Shown one piece after another: positions 34,516 to 45,064 of a DNA stretch of 64,000 nt. The notes below the pieces were generated by a model. The model saw only the letters and a program-made list of their open reading frames with translations. It did not search any database and had not been told where the DNA came from. The position numbers and the translations under genes are program-made. The DNA comes from Planctomycetota bacterium (GTDB lineage Bacteria; Planctomycetota; UBA8108; SXIK01): contig CBDCXR010000004.1 of assembly GCA_965223845.1 (NCBI GenBank), positions 6,560,001 to 6,624,000 of the forward strand, in the 5' to 3' direction. Every line of letters begins with the position of its first letter. The stretch's first letter is position 1.

Positions 34516-36567
34516 ATGGATGGATCTCGGCCGGTGGATCCGCGCCTGCCCGTTCGCGGGACACCGAGGACGAAGTTCCTCTTGCCCGCGTTCGTCGCTC
34601 TCGTCGCGGGGATGGGACTGCTCGCGATCGCGGTTTGGACTCTCGTCGAGAACACCCGCTCGGCCGACGCTGTCGCGCGCGCGGAATCGTCTCGCGTCGC
34701 GACTCTCACCGCCCGGGCGCTCCGCAGCGCACTCGCGTTGCCGTCGTGGCTCGAGTCGATTCCAGCCGCACGGAAGTTCGACGTCCGCGAGGGCGCGCTG
34801 GTCGTCCCCACCGAGCTCGGTTGGGTCGCCCGCGCTCCGGCCCCCTCCTTCTCCGACCTTCTCGCCCCCGACCTTCTCGCGCTCGTCGCCGAAGCTCGAC
34901 GCGAGGAGTTCGAGCGGGATCGAGCGGAAGCCGCTCTCGAGCTTCTCGAAGAGGCGGCTCAGCGAACGGACGCGCGACCCGACGAGGGCGTCTGGCTCGC
35001 GATCGCGGCGGCGCGGCTCGCCGAGCGCGCCGGGCGGGTGGATCGCCGCGGGTATTGGGCGGACGAGGCGTCGGCTCGCTTCGACCGCGACCTCGAGGCG
35101 TCGCCGCCGGGAGCGCCGGTCCACGACGACATCGTCTGCGGCGTCGCGCTTCTCTCTCTCAGTGCGGGTCGCGATCTCACGCCGAAGCTCACCGGCGCTC
35201 TCCTTCGCGCGCAGCCCGAGGCGGCGCTCGCGACTCTCGCGCGGGCCGCCGAGTTCTCGCGCGGCCACGATCGTCGCGCGGAGGAGCTTCGCTCTCTTCG
35301 CACTCGAATCCGCGAGATCGCGGACCGCCGCGCGTTCCTCGCCACTGTCCGTCCGCGTCTCAGCGCTCTCATCGCGAGCGCCTCGGGGGCGCCGATCCGC
35401 GTGGGGAACGAGCTCGGGTTTTTCTTTCCCGAGGGCGATTCCGAATCGGGACGCGGCTGCGTCGTCCCGCCCGCGTTACTCGCTCGAGTGCTCGACGAAG
35501 AGCGAGCGAATGGCGGGCTCCGTTCCGTCGGTACCGCGGGGACGCTCGTCACGGGCGCCGATGCGAGCTCCTCGCCCGACGCGGTCTACGTCTGCCCCCT
35601 CGTCGCCGTTCTTCCCGACCGCGCCGGATTCGAAGGCACGGGGGCGAGCGGAATTCTCGCGGCCGCGTTCGCTGCGCTCATCGTCGTTGTCGCCGCGGGT
35701 CTCGTCCTCGCGGCGCGCGCGCTCGCGCGCGAGCGTCTCGCCGTCTCGACGCGCGAGGAGTTTCTCACCGCCGTGACGCACGAGCTGAAGACCCCGCTCG
35801 CGTCGATCCGGCTGCTGTCGGAGATGCTCGGCCGCGCCGACGCCCGGGACGGCGATCGACTCGTGAAGTACGTCGATCGACTCGGGGCCGAGAGCGCCCG
35901 GCTCGCGATGCTCGTCGAGAACGTGCTCGACGTCGGTCGCACGGAGCGCGGCGACCGGGCCTACGATCTGAGGCCTGAAGATCTCGCGCGAGTCGTGGAG
36001 GAGACGGTCGACATCTACCGGCCGCTCGCGACGCGGGACGGGCTCGATCTCCGCGCGTCGCTCGAAGCTCCCGCCCCGGTCTCGATCGATCGCGGCGCGT
36101 TGGGGCAAGTGATCTTGAATCTCCTCGAGAACGCGCGGCGCTACGCGCGCGACGGCAGGGCGGTGGACATCACGGGAGCGCGAAGCGGGAGCGCGTATCG
36201 CGTTTCCGTGCGCGACTTCGGCGCGGGCGTCGCCGCGGCGGAGCGCGAGCTCGTCTTCGCGAAGTTCGTCCGAGGAGGCGTCGCGGTCGCGAGCGGAAAT
36301 CCGGGAGTCGGGATCGGCCTCTACCTCGCGCGGACGATCGTGCGCGCGCACGGAGGAGAGCTTGAGGTCGGGGCTCCGCGCGACGATGGACCGGGGGCCG
36401 AGTTCGTGCTGTCGATTCCGCTCATCGCTCCGCCGACGGATGCGACGAGCCAAAGTCCGGCCGCTGAACGGAAGGCGCGATCGCCCGCGGCACGTCGCCG
36501 CGCCGGTGAGCGAGTTCGAGACGCGATCCGGCCGGCGGAGCCCGCGATCCGGGAGGACCTCCCGTGA
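34516..36567 (+). CDS. Sensor histidine kinase
   Basis: Two TM segments; H-box VTHELKTPL; N-box NLLENARRY; DFGAGV, F..F.RG, GVGIGL. Confidence 0.95.
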   Translation: MDGSRPVDPRLPVRGTPRTKFLLPAFVALVAGMGLLAIAVWTLVENTRSADAVARAESSRVATLTARALRSALALPSWLESIPAARKFDVREGALVVPTELGWVARAPAPSFSDLLAPDLLALVAEARREEFERDRAEAALELLEEAAQRTDARPDEGVWLAIAAARLAERAGRVDRRGYWADEASARFDRDLEASPPGAPVHDDIVCGVALLSLSAGRDLTPKLTGALLRAQPEAALATLARAAEFSRGHDRRAEELRSLRTRIREIADRRAFLATVRPRLSALIASASGAPIRVGNELGFFFPEGDSESGRGCVVPPALLARVLDEERANGGLRSVGTAGTLVTGADASSSPDAVYVCPLVAVLPDRAGFEGTGASGILAAAFAALIVVVAAGLVLAARALARERLAVSTREEFLTAVTHELKTPLASIRLLSEMLGRADARDGDRLVKYVDRLGAESARLAMLVENVLDVGRTERGDRAYDLRPEDLARVVEETVDIYRPLATRDGLDLRASLEAPAPVSIDRGALGQVILNLLENARRYARDGRAVDITGARSGSAYRVSVRDFGAGVAAAERELVFAKFVRGGVAVASGNPGVGIGLYLARTIVRAHGGELEVGAPRDDGPGAEFVLSIPLIAPPTDATSQSPAAERKARSPAARRRAGERVRDAIRPAEPAIREDLP

Positions 36568-37301
36568 GCAAGCGACTCCTCTTGGTCGAAGACGACCGCA
36601 CTCTCCGCGAGACGCTCGCCGAAGCGCTCGGGCTCGAAGGCTACGACGTCACGACGACCGAGCGCGGAGATCGCGCCGTCGAAATCGCCGTATCGCGTCA
36701 CTTCGACCTCGTCGTCCTCGACTGGATGCTCCCCGGGATGAGCGGCGTCGATGTCCTGCGTGAGATCCGCGCCGCGAACCTGAGCGTCCCCGTTCTCCTG
36801 CTGACGGTTCGGAGTGCCGAAGAGGACAAGGTGACCGGTCTCGAAGCCGGCGCGGACGACTACGTCACGAAGCCGTTCTCGCTTCGCGAGCTCCTCGCGC
36901 GAACGAAGGCGCTCCTCCGAAGGCGGAGCTCGCCGCTGGCGACGAATGCGGTGGGAGGCGGCGGGATCGACCGATTCCGCCTCGGCAAGGCGATCGTGGA
37001 TCTGGCGGCGTTTCGGGTCGAGTGCGAAGGAGAGGAAGTGCCGCTGTCGCCGAAGGAAGCGGCGATCCTCCGCATTCTTCTCGCCGAGGAAGGTCGCGCC
37101 GTCAGTCGCAGCCGTTTCCTCGACGAGATTTGGGGCGAAGATGCCGCGGTGACGAATCGGACGATCGATACGCACGTTCTCCATCTCCGCCAGAAGCTGG
37201 AGCCGTCCGGAGCGCGTCGCTGTCTCATCACGGTTCACGGCATCGGCTACCGACTCGATCGCGGCTCGGACGACGCGCTCGAAGGGGAAAACCGCACGTG
37301 A
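36564..37301 (+). CDS. OmpR/PhoB-family response regulator
   Basis: LLVEDD, LDWMLPGMSG, GADDYVTKPF; winged helix RTIDTHVLHLRQKLE..TVHGIGYR; GTGA overlap with the kinase. Confidence 0.96.
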   Translation: MSKRLLLVEDDRTLRETLAEALGLEGYDVTTTERGDRAVEIAVSRHFDLVVLDWMLPGMSGVDVLREIRAANLSVPVLLLTVRSAEEDKVTGLEAGADDYVTKPFSLRELLARTKALLRRRSSPLATNAVGGGGIDRFRLGKAIVDLAAFRVECEGEEVPLSPKEAAILRILLAEEGRAVSRSRFLDEIWGEDAAVTNRTIDTHVLHLRQKLEPSGARRCLITVHGIGYRLDRGSDDALEGENRT

Positions 37302-37338
37302 CATTCTTTTGACACCGAATTGACGACCGGCTGACACG
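37299..37338 (+). promoter_or_regulatory. Four TGAC(A) direct repeats at 11-bp period, OmpR/PhoB-type operator
   Basis: TGACA 37299, TGACA 37310, TGACG 37321, TGACA 37332. Confidence 0.8.
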
Positions 37339-37410
37339 CGACCCGCGCTCGTGTGCGTGAATGGTCGAGAGAACAGAGAAGTACCTCGACCGCGAACCAG
37401 GAGTCTCTAC

Positions 37411-40137
37411 ATGTACCGCCGAGTGATCTCTCTTCGTAGTCTCCTCAGTTTCTGCTTGGGCTTCGTGCTGTTCCATTCGCCGGGAGCATTGCGAGCGCAG
37501 GAATCCCCGAGCCCCGAGAAGCTCCTCGAAAAAGCGCGCGTCGTGCACACAGCCGAGCAAAACCTCACCCTCGCCGAATCGCTTTACCGTCAGGCGATCG
37601 AGCGCGCGAACGGTGACCTCAGAGCTCGCGCATTTCTCCTGCTCGGAAAGTGCCTCGTCGAGAAAGGTGACACCGCCGCCGCCGAGGAGGCGTTTCGCGC
37701 CGCCGCGGAGATCGGTGGACCGAGCGGGGACGAGGCGCGGCGACTCTACGGCGCTACGCGCGAGAATCGCGTCCGCCTCGAGGCCGTCGCCCAGCGGTTG
37801 CTCCAGAATCTCGACGATACCGCGATGGTCGAGCTCGTCAGTCTCGGCGATCCCGTCGTCCCGCTCCTCATCGAGCGTCTCGAGGACGATCGGCTGCAGA
37901 ACCATCCGCCGGACGGGATCGCCCAGACGCTCCTCAATATCGGCAGCCGCCGTGTGGTCGAGTACGTCGAGTCCGTTCTTCGTTCGAACGATCGACTTCG
38001 GGAACGCATCCTCCTCGGAGCGCTCCCTCTGACGCAGGCTCCCCCGCGCGTTCTGCGCGCATTCCGACTCGCGCTCGTCGATCGAGATCCGAGCACCGTG
38101 AAGACCGTTCTCGACCAAGTGGGCAGGGCGTTGGACACCGCGGATCTCGTGGCGGTCCTCGCCAACGACGACGCCGAGGTGCGCGGCGCGGCGCTCTCGC
38201 TCCTTCTCAAGCGCCCGATTTTCGCGGACGAAGCGGCGATGGCGAAGGTTGCACCACACGTTGTCGCGTCGTACGTCGAGTACCTTCGGGGTGGATCTGG
38301 ATCGCCACCCCGGCTGGCGCCCGAGTGGATGCGGACCGCTGCGGGCCGGCGCTGCCTCTACGAACTCGTGCGCGAGGGACTCGAGGTTCCGGTCCCGACG
38401 ATTCAAAACGCGGCTCGAGACGGTGACGTGTTCTCGGCCGAGGAGCTCGTCGAGTTCGATGCCGAGACCAAGGGGAACACTCGGCGCGCCCGCGTCCGTA
38501 CTCTCTTCAGCGAGGCGTCCGACGCCGACCAGCCGTCCCACGGCTGGAACCGGGAAGCGATTCCGTCCGCGCTCGAGCTGGTCGACTCGGATCTCGTCGC
38601 GAGTCCCGACCGTCTCCTTGCGTGGATGATTTCAACCGCGGAGCCGGCGGACGCCGAGTCGATCGCGAAGGCTCTCGGCTACGGTGACTCGTTGATTCAC
38701 GAACTCCTCACATGGTTGCACGAGCACCCGAGCGAGTCGGCGCTCGCTCCTCTCGTCGCCTGGGCGAAGGACCCGGAGTTCCGGCGGCGACTCGCCGAAG
38801 CGAATCCGAGCGGCGCGCGCCGGGGCGTTGCGCTCTTCGTCGACGTCGTCGCCACGGCGGCCCACCACAACTGGAGATCGGCTCTCCTCGATCTCGCCGA
38901 GATCGACCTCAAGCTGTTCGTTCGACCCGTGGGAGACTACCTCGCCGACGGTCGTGCCGAGCTCACGCTCGAAGCGGAAGCCCTCGAGCGCTGGCTCAAG
39001 CTCGAGCTCAGGGGGAGGGGAGGGAACGTCACCTCTCCGCTCCGCGGTCTCGCCTACCGCGGCAGCTATCCGATCAAAGAAGTCCACGCGGCTCTCGACG
39101 ACGCTCGCTCGAACTATTTTCAGGCGCTCCTCTTCGGACGGGCATCGAACGGTCAGGTGGTCGCCTACGACGAGGCGACGCGCGCCGACATCCTCACGGC
39201 GGCGCTTGCGGGAGCGCGGCGCGGCTCGGCCGAGGAGGTGTACGAGGCGCTCACCGATGGCTTCGAGGCCGATCGGTCGGAACTCGCCGTTCCGCCGCGT
39301 CTCGCACGGATCCTCTGTGGACAAGTGCTCGCGGCGAGCGCGCGCGAAGAGTCCTCGTTCACCGAGTGGGTGCTCGAAACGCCCTTCATCGATGCCGAGC
39401 TTCGGCGGGAAGTTCTCGAGCGGGCTCTCCGCGAAGGGGCGTCCTACGATCGTGTCGCGGCACTCCACAGTGAACTCATCGATCGGTCGCACCTCGAGCT
39501 CGTTCGCGCTCAGCTCTCGGGCGAGGAGTCCGTCGCCCGAGCCGCGCTCGACAGTCTGGCAGGGTTCGAAGATACGAGGCTCGCGCCGATCATGGCCGAG
39601 GCGGCAGCGCATCCCGACGAGAACGTTCGCCGAAATTTGGCGTATTCGCTCTATCAGCTTTCCGGTGATGCTGCGCTCGATGCCATCTTGCCCCTCGCCA
39701 AGGATCGATCCGCGCGCGTGCGCGAGACGGTCTGTGATCTTCTTGCCCGCTCGAAGTCCGAACGCGCCGCGGAGGCCCTCGTCGAGGCGACACGCGATGG
39801 TTCGAACAACGTTCGAGTAGCGGCGGAGAAAGCGCTCACCCAGCTCGAGAAGTACTTCGAGCACAAGAAGCGGTGGGACGGATGGCGGCGCGACCTCGCG
39901 CGGGCACAGGGAAGCACGATCGAAAAACTCGTGCGTCAAGCCGGCGTGTCATCTCGGCGCGAGGTGCGGCTCGCGGCGGTGCGCGCGCTCGGAGTCGTGG
40001 GAACGGCGGACGTGCTGCCCGAGTTGATCGCGCTGCTGGCGGAATCGGACGACGAGATCGTGGCGGCGGCGAAAGCGGCGATCGCGGAGGTGGAGGCTCG
40101 GCTGCGAGGGGGCGATGGGAAACCCTCGGGCACATAG
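37411..40137 (+). CDS. Exported TPR/HEAT-repeat protein
   Basis: AGGAG RBS before ATG 37411; signal peptide (ALRA-Q); TPR-like A..LLGKCL..KGD..AAEEAF; HEAT-like D.D.NVRR, D.S.RVRE, EVRLAAVRALG. Confidence 0.82.
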   Translation: MYRRVISLRSLLSFCLGFVLFHSPGALRAQESPSPEKLLEKARVVHTAEQNLTLAESLYRQAIERANGDLRARAFLLLGKCLVEKGDTAAAEEAFRAAAEIGGPSGDEARRLYGATRENRVRLEAVAQRLLQNLDDTAMVELVSLGDPVVPLLIERLEDDRLQNHPPDGIAQTLLNIGSRRVVEYVESVLRSNDRLRERILLGALPLTQAPPRVLRAFRLALVDRDPSTVKTVLDQVGRALDTADLVAVLANDDAEVRGAALSLLLKRPIFADEAAMAKVAPHVVASYVEYLRGGSGSPPRLAPEWMRTAAGRRCLYELVREGLEVPVPTIQNAARDGDVFSAEELVEFDAETKGNTRRARVRTLFSEASDADQPSHGWNREAIPSALELVDSDLVASPDRLLAWMISTAEPADAESIAKALGYGDSLIHELLTWLHEHPSESALAPLVAWAKDPEFRRRLAEANPSGARRGVALFVDVVATAAHHNWRSALLDLAEIDLKLFVRPVGDYLADGRAELTLEAEALERWLKLELRGRGGNVTSPLRGLAYRGSYPIKEVHAALDDARSNYFQALLFGRASNGQVVAYDEATRADILTAALAGARRGSAEEVYEALTDGFEADRSELAVPPRLARILCGQVLAASAREESSFTEWVLETPFIDAELRREVLERALREGASYDRVAALHSELIDRSHLELVRAQLSGEESVARAALDSLAGFEDTRLAPIMAEAAAHPDENVRRNLAYSLYQLSGDAALDAILPLAKDRSARVRETVCDLLARSKSERAAEALVEATRDGSNNVRVAAEKALTQLEKYFEHKKRWDGWRRDLARAQGSTIEKLVRQAGVSSRREVRLAAVRALGVVGTADVLPELIALLAESDDEIVAAAKAAIAEVEARLRGGDGKPSGT

Positions 40138-40152
40138 ACGCCTCTATGAGAG

Positions 40153-40388
40153 ATTGCACACGAAGAGAGCGAAGGAACGCGAAGAAAGACGAAGAAGAGA
40201 ACCTATTGATTCAGAAGTAAGAGCGTTAGTTGAATGCGCCGGTTGTATTCGATTGTCGCGACGATCAACGTGCGCAAGATTTGCACCGGGGTTCTCGTTC
40301 GATTGGAACGATTCCTACCCCACACCCCTTTCCCCTTCTCTTCATCCTTCGTCTTTCTTCGCGTTCCTTCGCTCTCTTCGTGTGCAAT
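40153..40388. repeat. Inverted-repeat element: perfect 42-bp arms around a 152-bp spacer
   Basis: ATTGCACACGAAGAGAGCGAAGGAACGCGAAGAAAGACGAAG at 40153-40194 and its exact reverse complement at 40347-40388, between convergent genes. Confidence 0.92.
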
Positions 40389-40401
40389 TCTTCTCGAGAG
40401 T

Positions 40402-43400
40402 CTATGCGCTCGAGTTCTTCCCCGCGCCCAAGACCTCCAAATACCCCCGAGCGTGAGGCCCCAGCTCAAGCGCCGTCGCCATCCACCCCGAGGGTGAACT
40501 CGCGTCGCCTGGCTCCCTCACCTCCACGCGACCGCCGTAGAGCGTCGCGACCACCCGGCCACCGTGGAGGAGGATCTGTGCCCCGACGATTGCCGGCGTG
40601 CGCGGCCCGTCGTCGAGGATGCCCGTCAGGTTGAGCGGGTCGACGCCCGAGACGACGATCCACTCGTCGCCCGCGGCATCTCGGCGGAGCTTGCGCAAGC
40701 GATCGACCGCGTGCGAATCGGCGTACTGCTCGCCCGCGAGCCCGGTGACGAAGCGCCCGCCGCGGATATCCCCGCGTGTCTCGAGACGCCGGTAGACGCG
40801 AACGAGCTCGTGCCAGCGCGGGGCGTTCGGCTCGCGCTCGAGGAGGTCGCGGCACACAACCCCGTAGCGCCGGAGGAGGAGCTCCGCCCAGCGCTCCACG
40901 CGCTCCGGATGGTCCTCGATCTCGAATCCGGGAAACGCGCTCCAGCGCCCTCCCGTCGCCGCCGCTGCGAGCGTGATCGCGTCGCTGTCCCCAGCGCGAG
41001 ACGGCGCGCGTCGACCGCGCCGCGCGGCGGGACCGGCGAGAGACCGAATGACGCCGAAGCCGTCGCTGCTCGCTCGCCCGCTCGCGACGAGCTCGGCGAG
41101 CGCGCGTCGCACTTGCTCGGCCAGGAGCCCGGTTGCGCGCGCGATCTCTTGCTCGAAGAGAGCGCCACGCTTTTCGAGGAGAGCGAGCACGGCGTCCGCT
41201 TCGCCTCCGAGCGCGCGAGTGTCGCGCGCCTCGCGCGGGAGGATCCAGCCGACGTTTTCCCGCTGGACGATGCCGATCGGCGCGGACTTCGTCGCCTGCT
41301 GCGCCGGTCGCTCGGTCGGACGCGGCGGACGGAGGCGTCCCCACTGAACCGCGCCGCCGAGGAGAAGTTGATCGAGGATTCCGCCCTCGTACTCGACGAC
41401 CCGCGTGGGAAGCACGAGCTCTTCCCACGCCGTCGCCGGAACTTCGCAGCCTTCGAGAAGCTCGATCACGGCGAGGAGTCCGCCGCTTCCGAGTGCCATC
41501 TGCTCGGACGAAGCCATCTGGTGCGAGATGAGAAACCGCCAGAACACTTCGCGCGAAACCGGCTCGATCTGTCGGCGGAGGTGGTCGAGCGTCAAGCGGT
41601 GAATCCGCTGGAGGAGGCGGCGATCGCACCACTCGGTCTCGCCGCGGGCGATCGCGGCCTCGGAGTATTGTCCGCGAAGAACGGTTCCCTCTCCTTCGAG
41701 CGCGACGAGAGCGCGTTCGACGAACTTTCGCTCGAGAGCGAGCGCCTCCGCGAGCTCCTCCGCGGTCTGTGGGCCGCAGATTTCGAGTCGCGCGCGAACG
41801 AGCGAAGTGCGGACGTGAGACGCATCCGCGCTCGACGACGCGAGCTCGGGCGGAAGTTCGATCGCCGGCGAGCACTCGGCACCCGAGTACACCTCACGAA
41901 GATTCGGCCACGTTTCCGCGGCGACCAGGAATCGCGCGTCCGCGTTGACGGCGACGACGGACGCGCGCCCGGCGCGGATGAGGTCGTCCGTCCACTCGGC
42001 CCACGCTCCCGCTTCGCCCGCGGGGAGCACGCCGAGGAGGAGGAGCACCTCGTGGAGCTCTTCCGCATCTCGCACTGTCGGCCGGACTTCGCTCCGTACC
42101 GCCGCGATCGCTTCGGGATCGAGCTTCGCGAGTTCCCGCAGAGCTTCGACGTCGAGCGTCCGCCGCGTCGCCACGGCCCGCGCACGTCTCTCCTCGAGCG
42201 GCGCGTTGTCGAGAAACGTGTAGGGATTCGCGTTGAGGAGCTCGTGCGAAAACGGCGACGGCTCGCGCGAATCGATGCCGACGATCGCGATTTCGCCGCG
42301 CTCGAGACGTTCGAGGACGTCGCGACACGCATCGATGTCCATCGCCTCGTAGAGACAATCGTCGACGGTCTGGCGGACGAGAGGATGATCGGGAATCTCG
42401 ATGTCGCCCGAGTGGTTCTCGAGGCAGGCGGTCTGCTGGGGGAACACCGCCGAGAGGACGTCGTCCGCGCGAAACCGCTGCAGCGGCGGCGGGATCTTCT
42501 TTCCGCCGGAGCGCCGGAGAACGACGAGCGAACGCGTCGCGTTCCACCGCCATCGCGTGAGGAACATCGGGACGGCGAGGATCGCTTGCTCGAGCGTGGT
42601 TCGAAGCTGGCGGGAGGGGACCATGCCAAAGAGCGATTCGAGCGGAAAACTGTGCTGCGGCCCGAGTGCGAGCACGATTCCGTTGTCGTTCGCCGCCGCC
42701 TGGAGTTCGAAGTTGAAGCTCCGGCAGAATCGTTTGCGAAGGGCGAGACCCCAAGCGCGAAGGATGCGACTTCCGAAGGGAGCGTGGATCACGAGCTGCA
42801 TTCCACCGGTGTCGTCGAAGAAACGCTCGAACACGACGCGCTCCTGCGTCGGCACGCACCCGAGAGCAGCGACCTCGACCTCGACGTAGCGGTTCGCCTG
42901 CTCGGCGGCCCAGTCGTCTAGAGCTCCGGCCTGGGCGAGCTCACGGAGACTCCTGCCGATCCCATCGCCGCCGCTCCGTCCGGTCTCTTCGAGGTCGCGC
43001 GCGATGTCGGCACGAAGGCGAGAGACCGCCGCAGAGAGCTCGACCGTGCGGCCGGGAGCCTCGCCGAGCCAAAACGGAATCGTCGCGGGGGCCCCCTTGG
43101 CGTCGTGGACAGCGACTTCCCCGCCGCGCACGTGATCGATCTGCCAGGAGGTCGTCCCGAGCACGAAGATGTCGCCGGCCATGCTCTCGAGGGCGAAGTC
43201 CTCGTTCACCGTTCCGACGTAGGTTCCTTCCTCGACGGTGACGACGCGGTAGTCGGCGTTTTCGGGGATCGCCCCGCCGCTTCCGAGCGCGGAGATGCGG
43301 GCGTTGCGCCGCGGTCGCAGCCTCTTGTGGATGCGATCGCGGTGGAGGTAGAGGCCGAAGCGTTTTCCGTTTCGCCGCTCGTCGCTCAGCATGTGAACGA

Positions 43401-44769
43401 CGGCGTCGAAGTCTTCCCGCGCGAGATCGCGAAACGGCCACGCACGCCGGCAGAGAGCGAAGAGAGCATCTTCGTCGATCGCTCCCCGTGCCACGTGAGC
43501 GACGATTTGCTGAGCGAGGATATCGAGCGGCGCGAGCGGAAGCACGATGCGGTCGAGCTCGCCTTCGTTCACCGCCCGAATGAGCGCGATCGATTCCAGG
43601 AGCTCGTCGCGCGTGAGGGGAAACAGCCGACCCTTCGGCGTGAGGCCGAGAGAGTGACCGGCGCGCCCGACGCGCTGGAGGAAGGTCGCGATCGCGCGCG
43701 GCGATCCGATTTGACAGACGAGATCGATGTACCCGACGTCGATGCCGAGCTCGAGCGACGCGGTCGCGACGATCGCTTTCAGCTCGCCGCGCTTCAGCCG
43801 CTCTTCGGCGTCGAGTCGGATCGCGCGCGAGAGGCTCCCGTGGTGGCTCGTAACCTGTCCGTCGCCCAGCTTCGCGGCGAGATGGACGCAGATTTGCTCC
43901 GCCATCTTCCGCGTATTGACGAAGACGAGCGTGCTCCGGTGCTCCTCGATGAGTTCGCTCAGGCGCGCGTAGACTTCGGCCCACGTCTCGTGGGGGCAAA
44001 CCGCGCTCAGCTCGCTCGATGGCACTTCGATCGCGACGTCGAGATCGCGTTGGTGCCCGACATCGACGATCGTGCAGCGGGGATCGCCGGATTCGTCATC
44101 GACGCACTGCGTGCCGACGAGAAAGCGCGCGACGTCTTCGATCGGACGCTGCGTCGCCGAGAGGCCGATTCGCTGAAGAGGTCCTCCCGCGACCTCGCCG
44201 AGACGCTCGAGCGAAAGCGCGAGATGCGACCCGCGCTTGTCGCCCGCGAGAACGTGGATCTCATCCACGATCACGGTGCGGACGGTACGGAGCAGTTTCG
44301 CGGACTTTTCGGCGGTGAGGAGGAGGAAGAGCGACTCGGGAGTCGTGACGAGGATGTGCGGGGGCCGGCGAAGCATCGCCTGACGTTCGGAGGCGGGGGT
44401 GTCCCCGGTGCGAACTCGCGCCGTGATCGCGGGTGCATCGGGAGCTGAGTCGGCGAGGGCCGCGCCGATCTCGGCGAGCGGCGTCTCGAGATTGCGCCGG
44501 ATGTCGTTTGAGAGTGCCTTGAGCGGCGAGACGTAGACGACGTGAACTCCGTCGTCGAGCCGGTCGTCGACCGCCGCGCGAACGAGTCGATCGATGCAGA
44601 CGAGGAACGCCGTCAGCGTCTTTCCCGAGCCGGTCGGCGCGGCGACGAGCACGTGGCCGCCGCCGTCGATCGCCCGCCACCCGTCGAGCTGCGGCGGGGT
44701 CGGTCCCTCGAAGTGGCCTTCGAACCAGCGTCGCGTGAGGGGATGAAAGATCGCGCTCAAGTCGCTCAT
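40402..44769 (-). CDS. lhr: Lhr-family large ATP-dependent helicase
   Basis: APTGSGKT, SPLKALSND, RTGDT, TTPESL, DEIH, KRG.HL.LSLERL, HHGSLS, SLELGID, QRVGRAGH; long C-terminal winged-helix region. Confidence 0.93.
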   Translation of the reverse strand: MSDLSAIFHPLTRRWFEGHFEGPTPPQLDGWRAIDGGGHVLVAAPTGSGKTLTAFLVCIDRLVRAAVDDRLDDGVHVVYVSPLKALSNDIRRNLETPLAEIGAALADSAPDAPAITARVRTGDTPASERQAMLRRPPHILVTTPESLFLLLTAEKSAKLLRTVRTVIVDEIHVLAGDKRGSHLALSLERLGEVAGGPLQRIGLSATQRPIEDVARFLVGTQCVDDESGDPRCTIVDVGHQRDLDVAIEVPSSELSAVCPHETWAEVYARLSELIEEHRSTLVFVNTRKMAEQICVHLAAKLGDGQVTSHHGSLSRAIRLDAEERLKRGELKAIVATASLELGIDVGYIDLVCQIGSPRAIATFLQRVGRAGHSLGLTPKGRLFPLTRDELLESIALIRAVNEGELDRIVLPLAPLDILAQQIVAHVARGAIDEDALFALCRRAWPFRDLAREDFDAVVHMLSDERRNGKRFGLYLHRDRIHKRLRPRRNARISALGSGGAIPENADYRVVTVEEGTYVGTVNEDFALESMAGDIFVLGTTSWQIDHVRGGEVAVHDAKGAPATIPFWLGEAPGRTVELSAAVSRLRADIARDLEETGRSGGDGIGRSLRELAQAGALDDWAAEQANRYVEVEVAALGCVPTQERVVFERFFDDTGGMQLVIHAPFGSRILRAWGLALRKRFCRSFNFELQAAANDNGIVLALGPQHSFPLESLFGMVPSRQLRTTLEQAILAVPMFLTRWRWNATRSLVVLRRSGGKKIPPPLQRFRADDVLSAVFPQQTACLENHSGDIEIPDHPLVRQTVDDCLYEAMDIDACRDVLERLERGEIAIVGIDSREPSPFSHELLNANPYTFLDNAPLEERRARAVATRRTLDVEALRELAKLDPEAIAAVRSEVRPTVRDAEELHEVLLLLGVLPAGEAGAWAEWTDDLIRAGRASVVAVNADARFLVAAETWPNLREVYSGAECSPAIELPPELASSSADASHVRTSLVRARLEICGPQTAEELAEALALERKFVERALVALEGEGTVLRGQYSEAAIARGETEWCDRRLLQRIHRLTLDHLRRQIEPVSREVFWRFLISHQMASSEQMALGSGGLLAVIELLEGCEVPATAWEELVLPTRVVEYEGGILDQLLLGGAVQWGRLRPPRPTERPAQQATKSAPIGIVQRENVGWILPREARDTRALGGEADAVLALLEKRGALFEQEIARATGLLAEQVRRALAELVASGRASSDGFGVIRSLAGPAARRGRRAPSRAGDSDAITLAAAATGGRWSAFPGFEIEDHPERVERWAELLLRRYGVVCRDLLEREPNAPRWHELVRVYRRLETRGDIRGGRFVTGLAGEQYADSHAVDRLRKLRRDAAGDEWIVVSGVDPLNLTGILDDGPRTPAIVGAQILLHGGRVVATLYGGRVEVREPGDASSPSGWMATALELGPHARGYLEVLGAGKNSSA

Positions 44770-44940
44770 GGAGTGCTCGACATAGTTCGTCGGAGTACCG
44801 GTGCGTCCGGGTCGACCGGATGTCCATCCTCACCCCGTCCGGGCCGGGATCAAGCGGGCTTGTGTGCGACTTCGACCGCGGGAGTGCGACCGCGGGCCGA
44901 GGCCGTGCGCGTGACGGTGGGCGGTCGCCTCCTGCATTCC

Positions 44941-44969
44941 TTGACTTGATCCCGCGTTTCGCGTATCAC
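44941..44969 (+). promoter_or_regulatory. Putative sigma70-type promoter
   Basis: TTGACT-17 nt-TATCAC about 95 nt upstream of ATG 45065. Confidence 0.4.
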
Positions 44970-45064
44970 CCCAGGCAGCCGAGAGCCTTTTCGCGTAGTG
45001 GTTTACGGTCGCCGCGAGCTCTCGGGAGAAGAAGAGAAGAGAGCGCCGGAGGCAGCGCCGGAGC

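Noticed and set aside
40402-44769. Lhr helicase as part of a defence island
   Set aside because: Stand-alone, with no nuclease, methylase or other defence genes adjacent
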